Part shown: positions 45,719 to 58,459 of the stretch, piece by piece | How the letters are laid out: the number at the start of each line of letters is the position of its first letter | How positions within the stretch are numbered: position 1 is the stretch's first letter | Assembly: GCF_052425735.1 (NCBI RefSeq) | Contig: NC_135768.1 | Location: 21,328,001-21,392,000 of the forward strand | Length of the DNA stretch: 64,000 bases | Reading direction: 5' to 3' | DNA from: Oculina patagonica | Taxonomy: Eukaryota | The notes under the pieces: model-generated | Databases searched by the model: none | The model's input: only the letters and a program-made list of their open reading frames with translations | What the model was told of the DNA's origin: nothing | Program-made: the position numbers and the translations under genes

Positions 45719-48700
45719 AGAGCTTAAGTGCGCTACAAAGAGAAGTGCATATTTGCAGGTAAGTTACAAAGTTAATTTCACTTTATGTGAGAGGAATGTA
45801 TAAATGTGGGAGATTGCCCTATTCTATTTGTACAGGAAAATTCACGGCATCTTCGACGTCACAAACAGCGCGAATACACGCAAAATTGCGTGGGTTCTCG
45901 CGTGGATGTACCCGGAATTGCGTGATCAGTGTCACGTGCGACGCAAAAACATTCGAGTCTGCACGGAAAGTTGAGAACGAAAAAGAAGACAGTGAAGTTC
46001 TGTTCAAAAGTTAAATTTTGTATGGACAGTATCTTATAGCAAGGTGTACAACTGCCGTGTCGAACTAAATTCGTCTCCTTAGTTGATGTAACGCTCAACA
46101 TTAACTACCGTTGCAACTACTGGAGCACATTTCTGAGATTAAATTAATGGTATAAACATTATTTGGATTATTCAAAGCCATCGCGGTCTGATCGAAACTC
46201 CACAGTATCGCCAAAAATGCAAATCGTTATTATCAGTGTTACCAATGCAAGGCTGTTACACTGACAACAGAAGCAACTTGGCTGTGTCTTATTCTGTGGA
46301 GATAATTTTATATTTGCCGCGAGAACGTGCAGCGCGGATCGAGCAAAATACAATCCTGGTATGACTATATATAACATATATCAAAAAACTTTCTTTAAAC
46401 TTGAATTTTGCTTAATTAAAAATCCCGGTTAAAAATGTGTGTATGGTAGCTTATTTACATTAATTTGCCCTGGTTGTTTACGTGTCTTTGTAAAGTGGCA
46501 ACAGGCATTTGATTTTGAAGAAATGGCTTCGAAACAGAGTGCTTATCTCTGTTCTTGTCGACCAGGGTTTTGGTTTGTCTTGAATTTGGCATTTATTTGA
46601 TTTGAGCATGTGATCAACTCAGAGAAGTATATACCTCAAGCTTTTTGTCAAAAGGTAATAATTTCATCTACGATTAAAGTGTTGTTTTGCATTTTAACCG
46701 AGATCAGTAGTCACAAAACACTTTATTTAAGGAACTGATTTATTTTAGGATTGTTTGTTTCAAAATATAAACCATTTAAATTAATTGCATTACTCTGATC
46801 TTGCATTTTACTCTTGTGGTTTGATGTTTCCCCACATTGATAGGAATATATTTAAATATTTTCTGTAAGTTATTTTTCCATTCATGTAACATTCAAAGTT
46901 ATGCTATCAGGTGCCATTTTTAAGCGAAATAGTGTGCTGCAGAAATAAAAAAATCATTTTAATTTTCACTGGGTGAGTAAAAACGATAAAGGCAAGCTCC
47001 TTCACTTAACTTAATTTGGAGAGAAAGACACATGCTATTTCTATAAAGAGAAATATTTATGTGTTACTTGAACTCTTGAAAGCCAAACTGCAGCAGGACG
47101 GTAGTTTATGTCTCCTTTACATAAAATGGACAGTAGGTTTTAAATGGGAATTTAAGTTACTACTGAATATGAAGTTCTTCTTTTCATTCTTCACTCGTGC
47201 ATAAATTCGGCAAATTCAACATACACTAGGACCTTCTCCAAATTAAAGTAAACCACAAACCCATCTCCCCTTAAGTATTATACTATTCTCACCCTTCCGC
47301 AATCTGGAAACGAAACACTATTTCTTTTTGAAATAGCTGCTTGTTGGTACTGTATTTGGTTCGAATTGTTATGATGACAACATGGCGAAATCCGCCTAGT
47401 GGCACTTGTTTCGCCCCTATTCTACAATCGAAGGAGTAGAGAGCAGCCAAATATTTTTACATATTCTCAGAGCGGAAGGATGGAGCTTGCCGCTGATATG
47501 CAGTTTAACTTGTGAGTACGAGCCACTTTTGATATTTTACTACATGAAGTTAAGGAAAATTTGAGCTGGCCTTTAACGTCCAAAATAGCCAAACTTTAGA
47601 TCCTCGTCCCCTTCTTGATAATCAAAGTTGTTCAATGCGGTTCATCCAGTTTAAAAGGCCAAGGCTTGTTGTTTTCAAGTATTGGAATTTTAGCGATGTA
47701 GCTGCAATATTTGTATTAGAGCGAATGGTTAGACTTTACCAAATTTCACGATCCGACCAATGGCCGTCGAGGCCACCAGGATGTGTAAAAAGTTTTCATC
47801 CAGATTTCATAAAGAAAACACTTTTTCCCCAGTCTAATTCCATATTTGTTACTTACTTATAATAAGAAATTATTGGAGGGATTTTTAGCGAATTCTATGT
47901 ATTGAGCCAAATTAAGTTTGTGGATCTTAAGGAGACATTCTCTTAAGTAATTATAAGCTAGTGGAATGGCGTGCAGAATTTTTTATGCTTTGTAGCTGAA
48001 CCAACCAGGAAAATATATTCTAAAGAAGCATCAGCTGGTTCCTATCCCAGTAATAAAGCTTTTTGCCAAAAACTTGGAAAACGTTCACGTTCTTGCCGGC
48101 GACAGTGGAAGATGATGGATGGATGATATCGGTCAGTCAATCGCCATTGATGGTATTATCAAGTAAGCCTCATTAACTTCAGAGAAGGTACACCAATTGT
48201 GTCATGTTATAAGATTAAAACGTTCGCCAACTGTTCAAATCAAATAGATAGTATAATAGTATTATTTATTCCAGTGTTAATCTCAATTGTGGAAAACAAT
48301 ATCGACCACAGTTTAAAAGTAAAAAGTCAGCCGACGAATTCTTTACACTTTTAAAACTATTCCCCAGATAAAATCAGTTATGGCCCTCTCCCCCAGCAGG
48401 TGAGGAAGTAATTGTATGAGTAAGTCAAACAAATCAACAGTATGCCGTATTCAGTTTTCATAAGCCAGACTTGGAGTTGCCATGCAGCTACAAGATGTTA
48501 TGCTCGGCCATCGACACAGCTTATCTCTCAACAATTTGTCGGGTTTTCCTAACAATTCGCCAGTACCCTCTTTCTTTCTACATTTAATACAACCAATGTA
48601 CAATGTCAATTGAACTACCATTAAGACAAAAAGACAGTCAAATGTAGGTTTATTACCGAAGAGGGGAGGTCCCACTTATTGATTCTAAATTTTTCCAACT

Positions 48701-49214
48701 TCAAAATGCCATATCCCATCCAGTATTTGTCGTATGTACATACTGTTTTCGGTTTTCAACTTCTCTTGACGCGCTCTATCTCAAACAGTAGAAAATTGAA
48801 ACAATTCCAAACTTTAATTATCAGAAAAAATGACGTCATCGATTATGACGTCATATAGCGACAAGTTCTACATTCAAGTCTTTCAAAGTGATTGGCATGT
48901 TGTCTTATGTTAACCTACCAAGTTTCGCAAGCAGACGATCACCATCAACAAAGTTATTAAAAATCTCACCAAAAACCCAATTTTAGATGAAACATTTGGG
49001 GGGCTGGTTTGGCCCCTACTTGTTCAAGTTTCATGTTAAATAATTCAATGCAACATTTCATTAATATGTTGTGTTTCTAAGGAGCGGCGGTAAACTAAAT
49101 TTAAGGGTCTAGTTTTTGTCATTGTTTACTTTGCTATCCTTAGTTTTTGTTAAGAGCCACCCGCATATAGTTCTTTCATGGCAGAAAAGCAAAACATTCT
49201 TTCAGTTTGTGTTA

Positions 49215-49426
49215 TACACCCTTTTAATAAGTCGAGGGGCCATTTTGAATTTTTATTTTCCCGCGAATGACGTCATTAATAAGACATTCAAAATGACACC
49301 TCGGCTTATTACAATGGTAGATACTTAATTTTAATACGTCGAGGCGCGGATGAATATTTCATTAACAACGTCATTCGCGGAAAGTTAAATATTCAAAATG
49401 GTGTCTCGACTTATTAAAATGGTGTA
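49215..49426. mobile_element. Palindromic MITE
   Basis: tacacccttttaataagtcgag ... ctcgacttattaaaatggtgta with internal inverted symmetry; tta flanks. Confidence 0.7.
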
Positions 49427-52124
49427 TTAATCCTGTTTTTTGGGCGGAGTTTAGTACAGTTGGTGTTGGCAATAAAGCAGTTCTAAGCAGAGTCACGTTC
49501 CTTCGCAAACTGACTTACTACAACAAGTTTGTGAGAACCGATTTGGATAAGACTCGAGAATTTGCGAGTGGAACAGTGTTTTGTTGAGAAAATTGACGTT
49601 CTTGTACCCCCAGCAAACTCTGCTAGTTCTCTACTAGCAAGAATAAAAATCTCTCAGTGTTGCACAAATTGTATCTTGAGAACTGGATACCATGCTCTTG
49701 GCAAACTAAGATGGCACAAGTGTAATTTGAAGTACGTTTGGTATGATGTCGGAGTTTAAAGAGGAACTCTCACGATCACGACTTTAATAACACAACAGTC
49801 AATAGTCACGTTCACATCTTCACATCATGGGAAACTACAAGTAATGGTCAAATTTTTTTCAAAAAAAAAATTACTAAACTAGTACAATGAGGTTTAATAT
49901 TAAGGTTGGAAACATGAGTTAACCGTACACGAGCTCAAGGGGTTGATAACAAATTGACAAGATCTGGCAGCCCTTTTTAAATTCTGTCCTTGTGCCCTAT
50001 AACATTTCTAAACACTTATCAAAATATTGCTCTATAGGCTTCAAAAAGTCACCTAATATCTTCATCTTGGTATTCTTAAGACGCATTGCGTGTACACTGA
50101 AGCGAAGGTTCTTAGCCATATTTTTAGCGCCGGCCATTTTGGCCAAAAATGTAGCAAAATCGGCGTGGCATTGCTCCGTTAAGATTCGGCTGACGTAATG
50201 AAGTCTTTAAATCGTTAAACCACAACACAAGAAGCACGTTTCCTCGCTTGAAGTCCGTTCTAAGTCAAATAGTTGATATTTGCAAAGGAAAACAGTTCGC
50301 TATTTCCTACAAAAGGAGTGGGTCTTTAACTTTTAAAGAAAAAGTAACAATATATTTTCATGATTTAATTTTGAGCCAGCTCTCACACGTATATTTTATC
50401 TATTTATATACCACTAACACCTTATATGACCCTATTTTATAACTCCCAGTTACCTTTCAAGTATTGTAAAGCCAATTGGTATAAATGATTACTTCGGTAC
50501 TTAACGGATTTCCTGTTTAAATACTTGTCACTTGTCATTGGGTTTTGGAACTTTTGAACTTCCCCGTTAAACTTTTTTTTAAAAGAAAGCTATAAATCAA
50601 GATGCAACGTTCATGTGTTTAAATTCAAATCAAGTGCCTCCTCTTCATCTTTGTAGCACGTTTTGTAATAACTTTCTTTGGTGTTGATTGCGTATTTGCA
50701 TTTGTTGTTGTTTCTTGGCAAGTTGTTACTTCTTTTTAACCTTTGCACCACCTTTTATTGTATTTTGATCACTGGAAACTCAATCCCACTTTCCTGGCTT
50801 AGAAGTACCCCATGCCGAAAGCTTTCTAAGGACAAAAATATCAATCACCAGAAGTGTGAAGACACTACCACCTCATATTTTCACATCGCTTAAAGCTTGT
50901 CGTCGCTTAATTAAAGAGCTGTTAAACCCTTTCAAGTGTTATGTTTATCGAATGCTTTTAAATGTATGACGCAAAACCCCAGATATCGAAAGGATTTGCA
51001 ATCAACCCGGAAACGGAAATTGCTTAATTAAGCCAAGCCGTGCATTTTATCACGCGCGAGGTAGCCGAAGTACTTTGCACTGAAAAAGGTTGGTTTAGTT
51101 TTGTGCTAGTTGGAGTACAACGTGTAAGAATGCCCTCAGACTGACTGAATAAACCAGTAAACCAAGTTAACTTTCTATCGGGACTTCTATTAATAAACCA
51201 AGCGCCACCCTCTCAAATTGTTTTTGCTTAATCCTTCCGACAGCCACGCGCACAGAGCGACCTAAGTAAATTGGCCTCTTTAGAGTTCAGTGTTTTCTTT
51301 TTGGTGTTTTATTTGTACTCTATTTTTGTATCTTCTGATGCTCTTTTAACTTTACCATAATTGCGCGTCGAAGTCAATAGCGAACAACCTGAAGGGACCA
51401 CCCAGGTCAGAGAAAATACTTGCTTCTAGGAACAGATCACTGCGGACAAATGTCCCGTAATTTCGTTTCGCACAAGAATGGAGGTTATTGTTTATTGAAC
51501 TCTTGTATTTTTAAAAAAAGGAAAAAAAAAAAATTATTGCCCGGTTTTTTAGACAGTATTTTGGCGTTTTATTAAATTCTTCACTTGCAAGAGAAAGAGA
51601 AATGATTTGGACTTGACAAACATTTCCTTGAATAACTTCGAAAGGGGAGCTGTGCATAAATGATTCTCAATTTTCTTAAAGAAGTAAATTGAGCCTTTTA
51701 CTTTAGTTCAGTTTATTTCCTTAAGTAAAAATCATCACGCCGGCTAAAACTACAATTGATTTAATTCGCGGCCTAAATCACGAAGCTAAACCCCGACTAA
51801 AATTGTATAAAGAACTCTTGAATGTTTCAAGCTCTTCACACAAAACAGAGATTACAAAAACAAATAATATATCTTATGTGATAATTTTAATTTCAACATA
51901 CTGATATAAACAGTCAACAACAATCGATCCTTTAAATTTATAGTCAATAGACTTAGAATGATTTTAATAAAGAAATAAAATTTACCAATTATTACTACTA
52001 CAATAACAATAAATGATCTACAACAACTATAATTTTATCTTCGGAAAGCATCTACCAAACGTGCCGTTTTAAACGAGTTCATTGAGCAAGTTTATTATGA
52101 GCGGCTTTCTCGTTTGATGGATTG

Positions 52125-55100
52125 TCATGCTTTAAAAATAACTGCTGGAGACCGCTGACTTTTGTTACTCGCAGGAGCAATCGTCAGCTTTCCACGTTTC
52201 TTCTGTAGTACCCAGTGCACCGTTAGACAGATTAACGCGGACAGTAACAAGCTGGCTACGACAGAGATCCAAATGCTGTGTTTTGCGATGACCAAGGAAA
52301 TACCCCGTCTGTTGTCGTTGCGAGATTCTTTCTGGGCTCCTTCTGGATGTGGGACCTTGCTGATAAGGTCTATGGAATTAGTTGATGTGGTGTTCGTGTT
52401 TGGACGCAAAGTTGAAGCTTGAGTTCCATTTTCTCTTTTGCGAAGCTCGTCTATAATTTCGTGAGAAGAGTTCCCGTTACGGTCTTTTCCGGAATTCTGA
52501 GTGGGGTGGCTTGCGTTACGTTCAGTCCGCGGTGGAGGTCGACGCGTGCCGCGATGACTGTTGGGTATTATTGGAAATCCCAGATGATCGAGAGGAACTT
52601 CGCTTTTGTTTCCTTTTAATAGTTTATGTATTTGGACTTCTGTTAGTCCTGTTAAATTCAGGGCAGATCTAGTTGGCCTTGGTGTGTTTCTTCGTCTTGT
52701 TGGCCAGCCAAACAAAGGGCGTCTATCGGTTGTGGCTACTGTGGGGACCCCCGTGGTGGTTACGTTTTGCACTTGGGTCGTGTTGGCGGAACCGGAAGTG
52801 TGATTACTGGACACATCGCGATTGATTCGGCGCCCGTGATTCCAAGAAGCTAAAGAGATTAGAACAAAAAATGTGTATAGTTAAATGACTGAAGAAAGTT
52901 TCAAGAGGTGATTAATCAAGATTGCCTTTTGGGAGGTTGCTTTTCGATGACAAAAGCTTCGGCTGTATGGTTTCAAGATATAGTGGCGACAAACCTTAAG
53001 AAACTCGCAAAGGTTTAAGTGTTAAAAGGCCACTAGGGATACTTTTTACAGATGAAAAGGCTGCGACCTAAGGCAGGGAAAACACAAAGTAAAACTTCTG
53101 AACACAAATTCAAAAGTTACTTTAATTTTGCAGCTAGAATTTATTTACAGTTAAACCAAGTCGCTCAAGCATTGTCTTCAGTTAAAATGCTCTTAGAAGC
53201 TATATATACTTTCTTTTTTAATAGTAAACAAAATCCAACCCGGTTGCACAACAAATCTCCCTTTGAACTGATCAGACCACCTGCTAAAAGATTGTTTCCT
53301 AGATTCCATGCACGGAAACCAGTCCTTTAAACAATAAAGAAAAAAATAAACAAAAACAAACAAAACCATTTGAGGGTTGGTCACGGCCTTCTTACAGCTC
53401 AAAAGCCAGGCCAAAAGCACGAAAATATATAGGCTTGCAGTGATCTGTTCAGTGGGTTTGCGTGCACCTGTACATAATATTAATCTGGGCGCACCTTTGT
53501 CTGTAACTAGTTTAGTGTTTATACAACAAAGATAACAAAAAAGGGTTTCCTTTAGCAAAGTCTGCTTGATATCAAGTTCTGTATTTTTAATCTCTGAATT
53601 TGTTGATCTATAGTTTTAATGTTTTAATCGGCATTTATTTCCACATCCGTCTAAGCTCGCAAAAACTTCGTCTTGCATCACCCAATAAAGGTTTCTGATT
53701 TGAATGGTGCTTTACTGTAAATTTGACCTTAAATACAGTTTATGATGACTAAGCTTTTTCTCATTTACACTTATAAATCAAGAATTTTGCTGTCAAAATT
53801 ATGCGATTTAACATCATGCAATTCTAGTTGAAGTCAAAAGTCTAAAAGTGTTATAGGTGATAACTGCTTGCTTTTGGGAGTTTGGTAATACTTTATGTTT
53901 ATGTGCGTAGTTGAAACAAGCTACCATATGTTTTCCTAAAAATGGTCAAACGCTAGATAAAACTCTGCTGTGAGGCCATCATTACCTGGGTGTTTTATTC
54001 TTTTGAAATGATTTTAGTGAATTGTCTAACATTCACTGATTGCCAATGTTACATAGAAAGATATTTTACCTAATGAATCCAATAGAGTTTCATCACATGA
54101 GTCTTTTTTGGTAAAACTTTGAATCAAAACTACTGAGTTCCTCCATGATCACCTTGGTATTTGTAGTTAAAGTTTCATTTTGTGTAAAAATCTTTCGAAT
54201 TGACCTCTTACCATCTGGCCCTTGAACAGACTATGGCCCCTTTTGCAATATACCGTAGAATTCCGGTTATAAGCCCTGGGCTTATACAACTTTGTAAGGG
54301 GTTTTGTGTGGGCTTATAAGCGGAAGGGCTTATATCCGGGGGGGCTTAGGCTTATAAGCGGAATAAAAAAAACGTGTCGAAACGACCCACGGGAGTGTTG
54401 ATCGAAATACGTTTTTTAACTTAAAAACGCATAATAACGCAACATTTAGCCCTGTTCAGTACTGTCATCCGGCAGAGGGGGGCTTATATCCGGGGGGGCT
54501 TATAACCGGATGTATCTTTTTGTTTCCAGGTAGATGGGCCTATAACCGAAGGGGCTTATAAGCGGGGGGGGGGGGGGCTTATAACCGGAATTTTACGGTA
54601 TTCGTAAAGAATGTCATATTCCGTGCTTAGCATCTCCAATCTATTTAAATTTTGAACTGATGGATTTTGATCCCACAATGACAGACAATTATGTGAACTA
54701 TCTTCAACTTCCAAAAGTTTTGACTTTCTTTCTCTTGCTTCTTTTTATTGCTGTAGGATAATGGTGTTCTGTCTTAATTTTTATAAGATCCCAGAACAAT
54801 CTCGGGGCTTCAACATCCTCAAATTCTTTAAACCATAATTGATAATTTTCACTTATCAAATATACATAGGCACTGTCGTTTAGGAGGCTTTCATCAAATT
54901 TCCGCAAAGATTGGCCACGTGTTTGGTTCTCTACACTTAATGTAATTCTCAAGTGATCAGATTTAATAGAGGGTATAGTTTTGACTTGGTCAATGTCTTC
55001 ATGGAAGGCATTGTCAATTAACCAGAAATCCAACCTCCTTTGCACAACTGTTGTCTTCTGTCACCATGTGAAAGACTTAGTGTCCGGATTCCTAACTCTT

Positions 55101-57781
55101 CAAATATCTACAAGGTCATATGATGAACAAATGTTTTTAATTTTTTTGACTGATTTTTTTAATCTTGGATTGCCACCATAGCCATCGAGTTTTGGATCCG
55201 TAATAACGTTGAAATCGCCACCGACAATCATACTACAATTTTCGTCCATGCACATGGTTATCTAACTCATCTTTATGTTGTGAAGAAAGGTTATGTTCAC
55301 TTGTTTTGTTTGGAGCGTAAACATTCACAAAAAAGAATTTCTCTGATCTTGCACTATAAAGCATCCAAAATGATGTAACGACCTTGACTGTCTTGATGCA
55401 CAAACTTAAGCTCAAATTATAAGGATTTTTTTTATCAAGATTAAGACGTCCCTGCAGTGCTGATAGCCATGAGAGAAAAACATGTCACCTTTCCATTGCA
55501 TTTTCCTACTATTTTCGATTTCTATTGTGCTGTACGCTTCCTGAAAGAAACAAATATCCGCTTGTTGTTTTATTAGCCATGGAGAAATTGCTTTGCGTTT
55601 TTCAAATGTGCCTATCCCTTGAGCACTTAAATGCAATGTACTCGTGAGAGAAAACTTCACTATTCGCCACCTAACTTGATAACAAATCTGATTGTTAAGA
55701 ATCATTTCTAAGCTAAAGAAAGGTAAACTACAAACATTAATTAACCTTTTAGCAAATACAGCAACACTAAACCTAAAGCTTTACTATAAAAGCGACAAAC
55801 AAGAAAATTTACAGGCAGCTAGATAAAACTGTAATGGGGGATGCCGTTGAACGAATCGGGGCATAGAAATTAGAAGAAATGAAAACAAAATGTATAAAGA
55901 AACAGATAAACACAGATACATAATACACGGAAAATAGAATATACTCTTATAATTTTCCTCTTGCTCTCCGAAGTCTTTGGCTTCTCGCAGTAAGTAACTA
56001 TTGGTCTTTTACTCAGGACGCGTATAAATTTAGACTAAGAAGAAGACAAGATACCTTAATGAGCCAACACCACAATTACAAAGAGTCGAGAACACCGTCA
56101 AAAATTGTCCGGTTCTGCACGACTTTAGAGTGCGCGCCTACCAGCTTTTCTCTTATCATTTATGTTCTTCTCTTGTCATGAATATCGTCCGTCGGACGAT
56201 TTCCTTTGGAAGATCTGCTGACACTCCGAAGCCAGTCCCTTTTAGATCAAGGCTAAAGTTTAGCCTTCGAGAAAATAAATTCTCTATCCCCATAGCGAAG
56301 AAATCGAGCAATTATCGATCTTGGACGCCCATATTCATTTATTTTTCCGATTCTGTGCACTCGCTGGAATTCCAAAACGCTTGCGTCGACCATCAATTGA
56401 TTCTTCAATAAATCTTTGAGCACTACACGTGTGTTTTCTTCTTCTTCTTCCTCGCTGATTCCGTAAAACCGAAGGATTTCTCGTCGTGAATCATGACCTC
56501 AGCGTACAGTAATTTATCCTCCAGGACTTTACATCTAGCTTTGTAATTTTCATCACAATCCTTTTCAGCCTGCTTATTAGCTGTTTTGACTTCCAAATCG
56601 GTCCAAAACCTGTTCTGTTAAGTTTGGGCAAGCCATCATCCAAAGTTGTACCTTGAACCTTGCCTCTTCAGCAATTTCTTCAAGATGGCGGACTTGATCA
56701 TCTAATTTTTTTGTCGAACTTCTTCTTTAAACTCGAGACAGTTGAATTGATCTTAAAATTGTTTAAGTTTCGTGCCAATGTCAACTATCTTTAAGAATTG
56801 TATCGACTTTCAACTCCAAATTTTGTGTCATTACATCAGCGTCTTCTCTCTCGTCTGTTGACGAATTCAGAAAGGAGCTCGAAGAGGTTTCTTTGCTTGT
56901 TTTCTCTTCTGGTGACTTCGGCGTCGTTATCTGAAACACTCGACGAGCTTTTTGTACTCTTTCGCGTTTTACTTTTACTACACATATGAACTTCAGCCAA
57001 TATATTACATTTAAATGGGGAAAACTATCGGAGATCTATTCGAACGTGTCTTTATCTTTTCACCCATACATCGTCCCAGTCCTGTTGTGTGCTTCATGAA
57101 TGAAAACATAGATATATCAAAAAGTCAAGGTGTCAGCTGCCGTAGACTCGCTCAGTGCCGCCGTCCTTTTTTTTCATCGTGAGTATAACGAGCATTTTTT
57201 CTGCTCTGTGAGAGGTCGCTATTCGCCTAAGAGGTCGACAGCCTCTAAAGGTTTGAGTACCACTTTGGTAACAAAACTGTAACAACACGCGAGACACTCG
57301 TCCGGTATAGCCGAAAATTGATACAATAACTGAATTGAAACATTTTCTTCCTTTACTGCGCAACGTGAACCTGATTCATAAGGAAGAATCATGCAGAAAA
57401 TTAAGATTAAAAGAGGGAAAGGAAAAAACTACCTGTTCTTTGTGAAAAAGTGCGTGGAAAAGATTTACGAATGCATTGCGTTAAGGGCCCTCCTCCATTG
57501 AAGAAGACAAAAGTTGGATCCATGACAATTTCAGTTCCTTGAACCCCTTTTCTGGACGCAATAAACAATCTCTCACAGAATCCTAGAAATTTGCGGAAAA
57601 AGGTTTTGAATTTATTAACCCCCCGACAAATGCGGGTTTTCTACTAAAAACCTCGGAAATCGCACTTACCTCTTTCTTGCTGCCTTAAATTGCTGGTTGT
57701 AGCGGATGCTGTGATCAGCAGGAAATAAGAGGAAACAACAAAAACCGCAAGAATTAGGACCACAGGACAAAACGGTTTCAT
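52125..57781 (-). CDS. Uncharacterised type I membrane glycoprotein, paralog 3 (278 aa)
   Basis: complement(join(52125..52849,57670..57781)). Exon 1 MKPFCPVVLILAVFVVSSYFLLITASATTSNLRQQER, GTAAGT donor; exon 2 ASWNHGRRINRDVSSNHT...TM...PAVIFKA. Confidence 0.85.
53645..57082 (-). mobile_element. Duplicate of the decayed Tx1/L1 LINE in paralog 3 intron
   Basis: Same position, orientation and RT deletion as 32315-35385; ORFs 55412..55705 and 54704..55045 are endonuclease remnants (RRLDFWLI...SIKSDH). Confidence 0.88.
54253..54598. mobile_element. Tc1/mariner(pogo)-type MITE nested in the LINE
   Basis: TIR ccgtagaattccggttataagccc / gggcttataaccggaattttacgg, TA TSD, internal gggcttata repeats; absent from the paralog 2 copy. 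Confidence 0.9.
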
Positions 57782-58273
57782 TTTCAAACTGCAGCGTTGT
57801 TCGGCCACAAGGTGATTTACGAAAGCTTTGAGTCGGATGCACGCCTGTTAGCGATTGTATGGAAATTGGTGCAGTTCTATCTTGCGAGAACTTTCACAGT
57901 AATAATTCATTGACTGTGTTCTATGTCTTAAGTACCTCGCTATAGCGAGGATAGGGGGCCCCCCCCCCCCCCCCCTGAGCCTTCAAGGCGAATAGTTTTG
58001 TGATTGACAGCACACTTAGTGGCTGTCATACATGACATTCATATTTGAGGTCAGAATTAATTTTCATTACAAAGGCGACAATTGTCTCATTGCTACAAGG
58101 ATAGGAAGTGTATAACGACTCAAACATTCTACCATAAATGATATTTCCTGTGCTGATACGGACACTGTTTCAGTTAACTGATAAGTGTATTTGGATATCT
58201 CAGTCTTAGCCGGCCACTAAAGAGAATGACCAGAGCAAGAATATCGATCCATAAATTATTCTTCGACTCTGTG

Positions 58274-58459
58274 GAGGGGGGGGGGGGGGACAGGAGAGTA
58301 AATCTCCCTCCTCCCTACTTTTTGCGCCAATTTCTCCCTCCTCCCTATTTTTTTTAGCCAAAATTTCTCCCTCCTCCCTATTTTTTGCCAAAATTTCTCC
58401 CTCCTCCCAAGTTTTTTTGGGCCATTTCTCCCTCCTCCCTATTCTGTACCTCCCCCCTC
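58274..58459. mobile_element. MITE with internal ~30-bp tandem repeats and 6-bp TSD
   Basis: gagggggg...cccccctc ends; tctgtg duplicated (58268-58273, 58460-58465); five tctccctcctccc units; empty site in paralogs 1 and 2. Confidence 0.8.

Larger units (their letters stand above)
41328..47926. mobile_element. 6.6-kb TIR DNA transposon, Kolobok-like (TTAA TSD), no intact transposase
   Basis: ~63-bp TIRs gatccacaaacttaatttggctcaata... with 2 mismatches; TTAA at 41324-41327 and 47927-47930; the flanks rejoin to match the empty paralogous site near 19430-19460. Confidence 0.85.
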
